This document shows positions 50,655-63,751 of a stretch of 64,000 bases of DNA, in pieces. The position numbers and the translations under genes are program-made. Source of the stretch: Haliotis rufescens (taxonomy: Eukaryota). The stretch's first letter is position 1; the number at the start of each line of letters is the position of its first letter. The notes under the pieces are model-generated. The model saw only the letters and a list, made by a program, of their open reading frames with translations. It was not told the DNA's origin and made no database searches. The stretch lies in the NCBI RefSeq assembly GCF_023055435.1, contig NW_025963779.1, positions 24,552,001-24,616,000 on the forward strand. The letters run 5' to 3'.

Positions 50655-52290
50655 GTATTTGTAGACAGAGATTGTTGTAGGAGGCTGCTGGCTTCCTGCC
50701 TCAGATCAGCCATATGTTGCACTGGATAGGTGTGGGGTGCTGGTGCTGCCTCCCGGAAGTGTTTGAGCTGAAACCTCGAGAGAGCATCGGCAATAGTGTT
50801 AGCAGTGGAACATACATACTTTGCCTTAAACATAATATTATGTTGGAGGCACTGCAGGATTAGGCGACGGAGTAGACTCATCACTCTGGGAGCCTTGGTC
50901 GACTGCTTGATGATTATTGCTACGACGGCTTGGTTGTCGCAGTAAAAGAGGACCTTTTTGTTTGTGAGTTGCTTGCCCCAGAGATGGATGGCCAGTGTGA
51001 TGGGGAACAGCTCCAGGAGCGTGAAGTCCCGTGTAGTTCCATCCGTCACCCACTAGGTTGGCCATGCGCCGTTAAACCATTTGCACTGCATGTAGGCCCC
51101 AAAGCCGGCACCACCCGCTGCGTCTGAAAACAGCTGTCTACCCATAGTTGGTCCTGAAACACTGAAATGCCGTTATAACTCGTAAGAAATGTTAACCACA
51201 TTTGTAGGTCTTCCTTGATCCAGCTTGTAATCTTAATGTGGTGAAATGGTTGCTTACCTTTGCTAAGCAGATCGATTAGCCTTCGGCTGAATACCCTTGC
51301 CATTGGTATAGCCCTGCACATAAAGTTAAGCTTGCCTATGAGGGACTGAAGCGCCCTTTTTGTGACCTTGATGTTACCTGTTGACAGGATGTCTTGGATT
51401 TCCCTTGTCGCCTCCTTGATCTTGGACTCTGGGATTCTGATCTGCATTGCAATGGTGTCGATTTCAAGCCCTAGGAATGTCAGTTTGGTCGTGGGGCCCA
51501 CCGTCTTGTCGTGCACAATAGGGACCCCAAGCTGTTCTAGTGTATTCACGCATTCCGTTGCGGTTGTCTGAGCAGTGGCTGGTGCCTGCTGTGCCCCTCG
51601 TTAGGAAGTCATCCAGGTAATGCATGATCTGACACGTTGGAAGATGTGATTGCAAGCACCATTGCAAGAAGGTACTAAACGTTTCAAATATGGCGCAAGA
51701 TATGGAGCAGCCAAATGGTAAGCATTTATCGAAATAGAACTCACCTTAGAATCTGATGCCTAGTAGCTCGAAATTGGATGGGTGGACTGGTATAATTCTA
51801 AAGGCCAACGGAATGTCGAATTTTGCTAGTAGTGCTCCCTTTCCCAGTTGTTGAACCATATGCGTAGCTTCATCAAATCTGGCATACACAACGGAGGAGG
51901 CCTCTGTGTCTATGAAGTCATTTATAGATTTACCCCTGGGATAGGATAGATGGTGAATTAGACGGAATTCCTCCGCATGCTTACCCAGATGCTGACCATA
52001 GCCTGGCCTACTTGGAGGTTGTCTAGGGGGGTGTCCTTGAAGGGGCCCGCCATCCTGCCAAGGTCGACTTTCTTTTGTAGTTTTTGTTTCACATAGCCTG
52101 CTGTGTCTTGGTGCGTGGCTGATCGCAAGTTCCGTGCCAGGCGACCCCTTCGGCTTCCCTGAAACTGGAGCTTAAAGCCAAAGCTAAAACCTACCCATAA
52201 ATAATTTGCATCTCTGTAATTGACCCTAGCATATTGGCGTAACCAGGGTGCCATTTCATTGAGATCCACGGGGGAAGGGGCCATTGAATG
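50642..52290 (-). pseudogene. Frameshifted DIRS/Ngaro pol (RT + RNase H)
   Basis: GRMAGPF, FRLIHHLSYP, LPFGCSIS, HYLDDFL, LTFLGLEID, LLELFPI, FYCDNQAVV and NTIADALSR are spread over several frames. Confidence 0.88.
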
Positions 52291-53404
52291 TACCTGCCTT
52301 GACGGCTGGTTTTCTGTTAGAGAAAGGCTGATTGGGCTTGTATGGGGTCGGTTGGACCCCATTCCCTCGAAAGCAGGTCCTAGAGCTGTGGGAATGTTTG
52401 CCACACTTACCGCATTTGTGAGTGTACTTACAGTTGACCCTGCTACAGCCAAGTTTATTGAAATCCCAGCATACCTGACTGGCGATGTCCCCCTGTACGC
52501 GTGTCATTGCGCCCCGTCCGCCTGATTCTGGTTGTCGTACCGGCTGTGTGACCATGTACTTCAGCCACAACTCCCCGTCGATGTTGTCGCAGTGACGTGA
52601 GGGGTCCCTTGACATTCTGTGTCGGAATTGTTGGTCGTAGGTTGACCAGGCATCCCCCCCGAATCGAAGTGCCGCCGTTCTTATGGTTTCCATGTAGGAC
52701 AGCAACCCCTGGGTTGTGCGGACCTCGGAGTGCCTACTAACATAGATATACATGAAAATGTGGAAAGCTGAAGTCCAGCTTGCCAGGGACAGGCGATTTG
52801 GTTGCTGCTTTATTGGTTTAAAAATTATCTTACCTGAGGAGTCGTACGCCATGGTAATCGTAACGTCCTCGTGACTTCCCTCGGTGTTTGGTAGGATTGT
52901 GCCGAGGTCGACAAACTCGCCTCGCCAGATTTTTTCCCTCACCTGTTGTTTGATGTGTGCGTCTATTCCATCCGCACGGAAGGATAGGGAATCCCCGTAT
53001 CCTGCGTTGTGATTGGCTGGCCAAGCCGCGTCACCGTCGGCCTCGTTGTGAGCATCGGGGATTCTCCCTATGTTGGGCGAAATAGCGGGAGAACTAAAAC
53101 CAAGCTTTACCTGTTGGTTTGCGCTAACTTGGCCGGGCGCTGAATGTTCCAGCAACTGGAGTATTTTTTCCAGTTGCTCGTTTACCTGGGTAGCCGAGTT
53201 GGCAGCCTGCGCGGCATTTACAAGCTGCGCCGATTGCACATTAATTCTGTTGCCACCTTCGATATTTCCGTTATTGGCAGACTCGCCATCAGCTGTTGCC
53301 TCCTGCATAATGTGTACTCCCGGGGTTTGTCTTCTGGTTGTCCTGGCCTGCTTTGCTCCCCTCACCAGCTTGTGGTTGACGGCTGCTCTTCTCTTGGGAG
53401 GCAT
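52256..53404 (-). CDS. Gag-like ORF of the retroelement (from MPPKRR)
   Basis: KIWRGEFVDL, W..AF.IF, W..YD.QFR, and a Cys/His finger CWDFN..GC....CKYTHKC.KC...H. Confidence 0.85.
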   Translation of the reverse strand: MPPKRRAAVNHKLVRGAKQARTTRRQTPGVHIMQEATADGESANNGNIEGGNRINVQSAQLVNAAQAANSATQVNEQLEKILQLLEHSAPGQVSANQQVKLGFSSPAISPNIGRIPDAHNEADGDAAWPANHNAGYGDSLSFRADGIDAHIKQQVREKIWRGEFVDLGTILPNTEGSHEDVTITMAYDSSGKIIFKPIKQQPNRLSLASWTSAFHIFMYIYVSRHSEVRTTQGLLSYMETIRTAALRFGGDAWSTYDQQFRHRMSRDPSRHCDNIDGELWLKYMVTQPVRQPESGGRGAMTRVQGDIASQVCWDFNKLGCSRVNCKYTHKCGKCGKHSHSSRTCFRGNGVQPTPYKPNQPFSNRKPAVKAGTFNGPFPRGSQ

Positions 53405-53901
53405 CACGAAAGGTCGAGGTGGTGAGTTGGTATTCCACAAGCGTAAAAATGTCCCGAGGATGAAGTTCGGGAGTAGAACGGAATAAATGCGATACGGCGA
53501 GTGCTCGAATAGATGGTATTCAAAGTGTAATCGGCGAAACGGTCGCGACTGGTTACAAAGGAAACGTACAAAGCGAAAGCGATTAGATACAGTCACACGC
53601 GTGTGTACTTAAGGAAGGACTGTCTGCGAATGTCGGACTGTAACAAAAGGCGGGATGATGCTTGCGCGGGATTATTCCCCGGGCACGGTGCAGAGTGGTG
53701 ACCCGGGGGTGATTGAGTTACGAGCGGTGATTGGGTTACGGACGTAATTAGCCAATGGTTTGGATACGCGGGATAAAGTCATTTAGTAGTTAGTACTAAA
53801 TGTAAATACTCTCGAGAAAGGATAAGCATAAACAGTAACAAATCCTACATGAATCTTACTAATTAAAACTGGCATTACATTGCTCTGATTTAGTCTTGGC
53901 G

Positions 53902-54077
53902 ACAGCTTCGAGAAGTTCAAACCCGTGTGTCCCAGTTGCAACATAGTGTATGGCGTCCTGACGGGGAACCAGCCGAAGGGGTCCATGGATGTCACCTTCA
54001 GCGGGGAGCACCTGCCTGGGTATGAGACCTGTGGCACCATCAGTATCACATACCATCTGCCTAGTGGCCTACAGAGG
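53902..54077 (+). pseudogene. 5'-truncated fragment of Deltex exon 2 (RING end and DTC start)
   Basis: KFKPVCPSCNIVYGVLTGNQPKG...SGLQR is fused to intron-3 sequence and lacks its native acceptor. Confidence 0.85.
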
Positions 54078-54490
54078 GTAAGTGTCATTGCAGTTACTAA
54101 AATGCATGGCTTCTATACACATTTATATATACGTGTCAGACTCAAACGTCAAGTTTAAGTTGGTACACGTTGAAGTAATGTGAAATATTTTATTAGTGAT
54201 GCATTGTTTACAGCCAAATAACAAATTACAAAAGGCAGGAAGAAATTGGATATTTTTATATATTTCTTCATTTCTAACCCTTTTCGCAAACACCTCGTGT
54301 CATCACTGAATTTCAGTGATCCATTCGTATATTTTTTCTTTTGTCTTTTCCGCCCAGTTGTGTCTGTTTCGGCAGATAACAGAGACATGTAATTATCTGG
54401 CGTAGACGTTACATATACATGTATATATGTGCAGCCTGATGTTTGGGTGTGATGTTATTAAAACTTAAACTATACCACATGGTCTCGCAG

Positions 54491-54708
54491 GAAGACCACC
54501 CGAACCCAGGACAGCCCTACAAGGGAACAACGAGACGAGCTTTCCTGCCAGACTGCCGTGAAGGTAGAGATGTTCTCCGCCTCCTGAGGAAGGCGTTTGA
54601 CAGGAAGTTAACCTTTACCATCGGTCGTTCTACAACTACCGGTCAAGAGAATGTCGTAACGTGGAACGACATCCACCATAAGACGAACATGGAAGGTGGA
54701 CCTACGAG
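54491..54708 (+). CDS. Deltex copy C exon 3 (DTC core)
   Basis: Nearly identical to 19597-19814 with intact splice sites. Confidence 0.75.
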
Positions 54709-55006
54709 GTAAACAGATGGTGTTTCTTTATGCATCGAAATTATTTTATTGGAACTATTTGTTTCGAAGCAATTGAAATACTTCTGTTCAGATCAGTAGC
54801 ACCAATACAAGTATTCAGCAAGCTGTCATATTCTCAAATACATATTACGAGATACTCGCGAGAGATAGGATAAGCCTAAACAGTAACACATCCTACATGA
54901 ATCTTACTAATTAAAACTGGCATTACATTGCTCTGATTTAGTCTTGGCGAGTTGTTTATGCGTAACGTCAGTGACATGTTTAGTAACACTGACATTCTGT
55001 CCGTAG

Positions 55007-55097
55007 ATTCGGCTACCCCGACCCAGGCTATCTGGAGCGGGTGAAGGACGAGCTTGCCAGCAAGGGCGTGACGGAAAACATAGAGACGACGTTTTAG
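55007..55097 (+). CDS. Deltex copy C exon 4
   Basis: FGYPDPGYLERVKDELASKGVTENIETTF*. Confidence 0.75.
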
Positions 55098-56283
55098 CGG
55101 ACTCCGTCGTCTCTGAATGACCTTCAGGTGTCGAGAGAAGCATAGACATCATAGCCACACCACGTATACGGAAGTGCTGTATGTTCCTTGTAATCCACAC
55201 ATGAGCCAGGTTACATGAAAAAACCCTGTTAAGACTATACTGAATGATTTCGACCAGAGATACTTGAACTAGGTGAAGAAGAATGAGTGACATTTTATAA
55301 ATAATTCACATACCCGATGTACGTACGATTCTATATGATGACATTTATTTGGTACATGGGGGCTACGATGGACCCCCATTCGTACGAGGCGACCAATGGA
55401 TCGTTGGTCACGCTCGATAACTTAATTGATTCCGTTTAAGCTTACCCCACGGTGTCGGACTTTGTACATTATATCAATCAATGATTTTTCTCGTCCTGAT
55501 TCCATAATGTACAGGCCTCAAGAAACTTTCTTATGTTCGTCCTTTTAACTGCAAATATTGTTTGAGAATGTCTGTATTTGTGTTCCATGTGTGATAGGAA
55601 GGTGTTATATATCCTATTACTATAAAATCGATCTATAAATCGATCTAAAATCGAACCCATTTCTATTCCCAAGGAATAGTTATTGTTCCTATATATAAAA
55701 GTGACCAAACCCTCTCAACAACATATGAAATCTCTGCTGTAAGCAGAATCCATTGTGCGATTCCTACGATATCATAACCAAGTTTTTATGAATCACTCTA
55801 AAATAGTGATGATACCAGGTGTTAGGTGAAAGACGAGTCTATCCAATGTGAGCGTATCGTGCCCGAATGGGGGAACCCGTCACAAACACATGGGAAGGCA
55901 CGTCGTTTGATCGCCTGAAAAGACGATGGAACATATAGAAACAACAATCTTCGACTATTTTGGAGGACCCTATGCCTGCGTTATATGGGGGTTGACGGAA
56001 GCAGTGCAGAGTGAAGGGACGGAAGAGCTATTATAATCAGATGTCGTTAGGCAATATATTATGTGTATATTTGTATATCCTGTGCACATTCGTTTACAAT
56101 GTCCTTTGCATGTTTACACAGATTTTTTCTAGGTTGTGTATTCATGGTTGTCAGTGATGTATTTAAGGATTTTGAATATTACGTTGTCAGTCATAAAACA
56201 TAAAGTAGTTTATTGATGTTATTGAAACGATACGTTTTCTTATTTAACAAATTCACGATTGTCCGTTGTTGCTGGTACCTTAG

Positions 56284-57045
56284 CGTCACCCTACATGCAT
56301 CAATTACGTCACCCTACACACTTCAATGTACGTCACCCTAAATACTTCAATGTACGTCACTCTACATGCATCAATGTACGTCACCCTACATGCATCAATG
56401 TACGTCACCCTACATGCTTCAATGTACGTCACCCTACATGCTTCAATGTACGTCACCCTACATACTTCAATGTACGTCATCCTACATACAGCAATGTAGG
56501 TCACCCTACATACAGCAATGTATGTCGCCCTACATACAGCAATGTAGGTCACCCTACATACAGCAATGTAGGTCACCCTACATACAGCAATGTACGTCGC
56601 CCTACATACAGCAATGTAGGTCACCCTACATACAGCAATGTACGTCACTCTACATACTTCAATGTACGTCACCCTACATACAGCAATGTATGTCGCCCTA
56701 CATACAGCAATGTATGTCGCCCTACATGCTTCAATGTACGTCACCCTACATGCTTCACTGTACGTCACCCTACATGCATCAATGTACGTCACTCTACATA
56801 CTTCAATGTACGTCACCCTACATACAGCGATGTACGTCACTCTACATACTTCAATGTACGTCACCCTACATACAGCAATGTACGTCACCCTACATACAGC
56901 AATGTACGTCACCCTACATACAGCAATGTACGTCGCCCTACATACAGCAATGTAGGTCACCCTACATACAGCAATGTAGGTCACGTTACATACAGCAATG
57001 CACGTCATCCCATATGCACTAATGTGCATGACCCTACATCCAATA
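56284..57045. repeat. 24-bp minisatellite (duplicate of 21405-22310, shorter)
   Basis: Same unit with a different copy number and variant order. Confidence 0.95.
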
Positions 57046-57493
57046 TACGTTGGCATACATTATATTAGCTAACTACTTATATATTCTACGTAATTCACTT
57101 TACCCTATCGGCATGGCAATTCCTGATTAGAACATTGGTATGATGTTGTTTGTTGTTTGCTTATGTGAAACTTCGCAGATAAACGCTCACTAATTCTCAT
57201 TGTCAGTCCCTGTCTTCTCTGATCTCCTCTTCGAGGGGGCACGGTGGTCATTGGAACAGGCATAATTCAACGTGTAGAGTCGCGTCCTTTAATTGCAAGG
57301 ATGTGTTCTGATCGTCGGTTCGAATCCCACATCCGCCCTGGATAGTATCTTTGGTTTGTGAACATCATATTGTGATCATTCCACCAAAGCCGTAAACGTC
57401 TACGATAAGCGCTACTTTGGGCTTATTCCCAAATGAATCCCACACCGTGGTGTAACTATCCAAATCTAAACCACTGACACTTCTTGAAGTATA

Positions 57494-57621
57494 AGGAAGA
57501 GAATATATGGATGTCAACTTCTTTATTATGTGGAACACAACGTTTCGGAGTATATGCTTACTCCTTTATCAGGTGAGTGAATGCCTAATATGTGAATCAC
57601 TTCAAAATGCCTTTCAAAGAC
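57494..57621 (-). mobile_element. Short retro-insertion with 14-bp TSD and a hammerhead-like motif (Penelope-like remnant)
   Basis: TSD CTTCTTGAAGTATA at 57480-57493 and 57622-57635. Minus strand CTGATAAAGGAGTA..TACTCCGAAAC...AATAAA. Confidence 0.55.
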
Positions 57622-59320
57622 CTTCTTGAAGTATACTACTCAAAAGAATTTTAGGAAAACCCGATTATTTTATATTACCATAATTAATCTGTCATAGATT
57701 AACTATAGTTATATGAAAAAATTGGATATTCTTTTACTTTCTTTGATTAGTATATGTCAATTCAGTGTTTTTGTGTTTTCATTATCGACATAATTAAAAA
57801 ACCTAACGACCCGTGAAGATCCGGGGTAGAATAGGTCTTCAGCGACCCAGTCTTGCCGTAAAAGGAGACTATGCTTGTCGTAAGAGGCGACTAACGGAAT
57901 CGGGTGGTCAGACTTTCTGACTTGGTTGATGCATGTCATCGTATCCCAATTGCATGGATCGATGCTCATGATGTAAATCACTGGATTGTCTGGTTCAGAC
58001 TCCATTATATACATACCGCCGACATATAGCTGAATAATTGCTGAGTGCGGCGTTAAACAACAAACAAAATAAAACAAACATACCTGTAACATGTTAATCA
58101 TCTGATGCTTATCAATCATTGACCTTTCAGTATCGGTTTTTTGGGTCCATAAAACATGATATTGCCCGAATTGTGGTCAATAGTTGTTTTATTACGTAAT
58201 GTTAAGAGGAAAAATATTTTAATTTGATTTATTTATAACCATCAAAATTCAACCATAATTCAATCACTCCAGATGACAGAGTGAGTGAGTGAGTTAAAAT
58301 TTTAAATCACATCGGCAATATTTCAGCCATATCGTGACTCCAGATGACAGAGGCAGTGGCAGGAGATACCGCTTCACAACAAGCTTTGCGTTACGAACTG
58401 TTTGATTGGCATTCTGGAAGTTAGTGAGGAAATAAGAAAACCTAAACCTTTACGGATTACAACTTCTGGTTTATTGCATTTAGCGACGTTTCGATGTAGA
58501 TTCTTACACTGTTACATTCTCGCTGATTCCATTGGCCAAACCGCGCAGGACAGTACCACTTCTGATCGCTGCACGGCAAGTAGGATCTCAGGGCAATGCT
58601 AAGTTTTTAGGAAAGTACATGTAATGTGACCATTTATCAACCAGTGAAAGTACAGATATAATTTCTAAATGTAATAATTTATTGTATCTATTGAATATAT
58701 TGAAAACAATGTTACAGAAAATGCACACCCTTGTAGCTTGCGATAATATACCATTATTGATGAGTGAGTGAGTGAGTAAGTGAGTGACTTAGTATGGATT
58801 TACACCGCTTTTAGCAATATTCAAGCAACATCACGGCGGGGGACACCAGAAATGGGCTTCACACATTGTACCCATGTCGGGAGTCGAACCCGGGTCTTCG
58901 GCGTGACGAGCGAATCACTCCAGGTTAGAATTGGTCCCCTGCAACCGGTCGAAGCCAGTGAATAGTGCGGTGGTAAGCCAAAAGATTTAAGCATCCGATC
59001 ACTACGAAGACACGGGTTTGATTCTTTGCATGGGTGAAGCACAAATAGGCTTAACCGTATAAAAGTTGATAATTTTACGTAACTATAGGATATTTTGCTA
59101 CACAATGCACTTCTGAACAATGGTTTAAGGCACAGAATATAGGATACAAACAAAGACAGTTCTTCAAATATGCAGAGTTAGAGTTGTGTTTCACCGACCG
59201 TTGTTACGTCCAATCACTGCTAAACACAATATCCCCTTTCACTAGCTACAATTGTGCCTCATTACTGGTTGCCTATATCCGCGGTTATACTGCTTAGATC
59301 GGTGAAGCCTCACTCAGTCA

Positions 59321-60136
59321 CTACAGATAGTCCATATAAGTTTTGATTGGAGCTTCGGGGGGCGGGTCTCTGTCCCTCTTGTAAGGAATCTCCGTATGGT
59401 CCCGCTCCCATATCTCCAGCAGTAGAGAACTGAGACGCTGATTGGCTGCCACCTGGTCCGTGCACCTCAGTTTCTGTATGTTCTGCTCTGTAATCAATGG
59501 CATCCTCGCTACATAGATCAGCAGTTTGGTCTCATCCCATGACAGTTGACTCTGAGCTAGAACCCAGTCAACGATGGCTATCAGCAGCACAAACTCACTT
59601 GATACTATAAGTCCTTTGTGAAGGACGACATCATACAGCTGACGGAAACTCATGCCATTCAGTTCCCCTTTCTTCCATATATACTCAAAATGACGAAGGA
59701 TAAAGTGATATACATCCATCTTGATGGTCGAGACTTTATTTTTGATAGCTAGATCATGCAAAGTCAAATAATTATGCGCCCCTATGAGATCACAATGCCT
59801 GAACTCCTCTTCAATAGCCAGCTTGAAGTCATCCATTTGAAGTACTGTTGCTGTGTTTATGAGGAAGACGATGTTGTCTTCATGTAGCGGCGGTAGAACA
59901 CCTGTGTACATGAAATTGAGGATATTCCTGAAGGCATCGACATCAACATCCTCCAACGTCATTTCACCATCCCCAGCTGACAATCGCTGTACCATATAAG
60001 GTGACATGGACTTGACAATGACCTTGTGACACGGGAATGATACATCACCAACGACCACTGTCAGATCCGAGTATGACCCTCCATCCAGGGACTTCTTTAA
60101 ACCCGCCATGAATAGGGATTTGTGTGAAATTTCCAT
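59321..60136 (-). CDS. BTB-BACK domain protein, duplicate copy, 271 aa
   Basis: Intact ORF with 9 aa differences from 24289-25104. Confidence 0.88.
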   Translation of the reverse strand: MEISHKSLFMAGLKKSLDGGSYSDLTVVVGDVSFPCHKVIVKSMSPYMVQRLSAGDGEMTLEDVDVDAFRNILNFMYTGVLPPLHEDNIVFLINTATVLQMDDFKLAIEEEFRHCDLIGAHNYLTLHDLAIKNKVSTIKMDVYHFILRHFEYIWKKGELNGMSFRQLYDVVLHKGLIVSSEFVLLIAIVDWVLAQSQLSWDETKLLIYVARMPLITEQNIQKLRCTDQVAANQRLSSLLLEIWERDHTEIPYKRDRDPPPEAPIKTYMDYL

Positions 60137-63100
60137 TTCTGAAAGAAATAAAATAATTGTTTTTACAACATATTTGTTTTATCGAACAAATATACTCATT
60201 TTATCCTCATGCAAAGATATTCTGGAACCATTTTTTTCAAATATATCCGTGGTCCTCACCAGAAAATCAGTATATCCCAGGTCCTCTCCAGCGTATCAAA
60301 ATATCCCAGGCCCTCTCCAGCAAATCAAATATATCTCCAGCATATCAAAAGTGATAATTTATGTAATGGGGTGAAAAGGTGTAATAAAATGCGAAAATAA
60401 TGTTTCACGAAATTACCTGAATAAAACTAAATAAAGGCTGAAAAAATTGTTCGTGGGTCAGCGTGGGAGTACATGAAATATCCAGGACCTGTATATTAGT
60501 AAACCTTGACTGACTATTCATGTCAGTGACTAGGTGGAGTTGTGATGGTTGTTCTAAAAGGAACATGGAACTTGCGTGCATATTGTGTTTATTTTGATTG
60601 AATGACATTGAAGAGATGAATAGGTGTGAAACAAATACAAACATATTTGGTTTAGTTTTGTCCTCTGGCAAATTCATGCTCACCCTCATAACCTATAATG
60701 TTACTATATTAGCATAAGACCAGTGTACCTCAAGTGGGTGTCAGCTCTACAGCTATGTTAAGTCTATATTACAGAAAACATTGAAGCACACTTCGTCGTG
60801 GAACAAATGCGTGTAACACTGATGTGAGAGCAGTTATGCTCCTCCCAACTCTAGTCTATCAATCCGTATTACCTGTACAACACTTACAGTGAAGCGTATG
60901 TCCTACAGGAAAGTTACCTACCCATGCTGAGGTCAAGCTGTCATATATCTCAACTTCTACACCTGCACCTCTTCGGACCGTCCTCACCGAGTTGATATCC
61001 TGCTCAGAGAAATACTGTATATAACGAGGTTAAACCTCTATTCCCTATCTGTGTCACCTTATATCATCAGACACAGTGTCACCAGGCTCAGATGAAACTG
61101 ACCTACATTTCCTGCCATGACTTGCCCAACATACTTCGATCTAATGTGACGTTGCGTTACGGGCCAGCTGTACGTGGTTGTCATTGGGTTTAGGGATCGT
61201 GTCATCTTATCCACAGCGAACTCTGAGGTACACGTAAAGGTGAAGTTTATAAGGTGTCTCTATCAGAAGGCATTGAGAGACGCAAAACAATCAAGTCAAC
61301 ATAATTATTCATGGAAAAAACCTCTGCTCACACCTGTCTCATGGTTGTTTGTTTGTTTGTTTGTTGTTTAACGCAGCACCCGGCAATGTTCCATCTATAT
61401 GGAGGCGGTCTGTAAATAATCGAGCCTGGACCATACAATCAAGTGATTGACATCAAGAGCGTCGATCAACTCAATCGGGATATGAAGAAATGCATCAACC
61501 AAGTCAGCGAACCTGACCACCCGTTCCGTTTGTCGCCTCTTACGACAAGCATAGTCGCCTTTTACGGCAAGCATGGGTTGCTGAAGACATTTTCTACCTC
61601 GAATCTTCACGGGTCTGTCTCTATTATATATTGCATGGCATGACCATCCGTAATATGATGAATATATAATGTCAACGACAATGTATAACCAGTCTCGATT
61701 ATCCGCTGAAGCCGATTCCATTGGGCGAAAAAGAAAAAAAGCGGTGAAAGTTACATGAATGGATCACTGAAAACAGTGATGACACCAGGTTTTCGCGAAA
61801 AAGGGTAATCATGTCCCCGCCTACCGGTTGCACCCGCCCAGTGTACAATATGCATTATATTGTAATTGTCTTGCTTAACGCCGCACAGGAGTACTCCTGC
61901 CATGCGACGGCGTCCTACAAACATACCAGACAATCAAGTGATGGTCCCAAAAGTTCAGTGACACGAAAGTCCTTTTACTAAATCCATATATCAAGAATTA
62001 CACAATGTCACCAGTCACGTGTTTGGGTGTGTGAGGTGTGTCAACATATGCACATACCCAACACTACAGGCCATGTAAATGAGGTGAATCTCTGAGGCAA
62101 GGTGAAATGTATGACGTTTCTTTCTTGGAACTAGTGAAACTTCTTATATACTACTCAACTTTTGATAGGGATATTGTTTTTTATTCACCCCCTCTTATTA
62201 TGTCATTACACATGCCATGTAAATGTAGTAGTATGATATACCTCAGTATCCATATTGTGAAGCCAACAAACACCCAACAAATGGTATACAATTAACAATT
62301 GTATTATAATATTAACTAGGTTTACAAATCAAAACAATTACTATTCATAATTTACAATGGCAGTACATAATATAATGGCAGTTTAAAATATCAGAGCAAT
62401 GGTTACAGTAAAAGTCAGTGATAATAATATTCACCTGGCAGCAACAGTGGTCAAGCTTCCAAAATAAGCCTAGGCTGGATATCCAGGGTGAAATGTTTTC
62501 TTTACACAAAATGTTATGATGTCATCTACACATATTAGAATGTAACGCCAATCCTTTTCTTTTAGTGCCTCCGAAATGGTTTCCTGAAATGTGCATTTTT
62601 GAGACCGACAGAAGCGGACGGATTGTACAGTTAGTCGTGGTGTCAGGCAAGGCCACCGCCTCAGCAATGACTCCATCGACCATGAAGAATCGCTGTCTGA
62701 CTTCCTACCTGTGTAAGGGGCATAGCGGGTCTGTGAACCGGGAACACCGGCCACTTGGTCCCGGTGTGTGTTCAGTCATGTGATTACTATCAATATGTAC
62801 CTTTTCGGACGTTATTCCCAATCAACAATAAACATGGCTACTGTCTCCTTAAACTTCACCCCTGAGTTTTGTCTTCCGTCGTTCACCCTGGACCGTGAAG
62901 TACCAACCGAGGGCACAACATGGACGCCCTTGAAACGTTGTCATGCTTTGCTTTTTGATGTATCATACCAATGGCTTGCTCTTTTAATTGTACAATTGAT
63001 CTTAGCATGTTATTTGTCTCTGTCCAACGGTTTGGATGTAAACGAACAGTACATCATTTCTTTTTTACCCATAACTTTGTAGGTTGGCATTCTGCAAGTC

Positions 63101-63751
63101 ATCAAATGTTTCACTTCAAACTCAAGTTCCACTGATCTGGGTATTGTTGCAGGCTAATTGATTCTGGTATCGTATCTTTCGTTTGTCAGTTTACATCGAA
63201 ATGCTATTTATTTCAATCATCCACGATTGAAAAGTACATTCCTCCAGTTGTTGTGAGTACATACATGTTAAGTTGACCAATTTTCTGTCAAGTTGTTGTA
63301 AAAATGGTCTTTTATTACATGAAAATGCTTTATTATACTGCTATTCCATTGTTCTGTTTTAAAATCACCTTCATCTATACAGTTATTATGTTTTAGTGAA
63401 GAGTGAGAAAAAGTTTAATATTCTTTCCCCAGGTTGAATTTGAAATGTGTTGTAAAAAACAAATCTCAGCTCAATTTTAAGAAGAAAAGAAATATCTCAA
63501 TGACGAAAAAAACATGATTCTACCAAAAAAAACCCGACCCCAGCTAAATATCAAATGGTCCTCCCCTACAAGAAACAGATTTGAATTATATCTCTTTATT
63601 ATATGAGTTCTTTTGTTCAGAACTACTTTCAAACGTTAGACCAGGGGGATACAGCATTTGGTCACTCTGAGAGTAACCTTAAGTGTAAATAGGCTTCATA
63701 ACTAGTTGTTCTGGGGAGGTTCATAAGCACGGCCTCTCGTGGCACACCTAA

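Larger units (their letters stand above)
49257..53776 (-). mobile_element. Ngaro/DIRS-type retrotransposon (gag, RT-RNaseH, SGNH hydrolase; tyrosine recombinase deleted)
   Basis: Absent from the homologous intron at about 19957. It has DIRS-type coding motifs and 10-bp inverted ends TTATCCCGCG / CGCGGGATAA. Confidence 0.88.
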
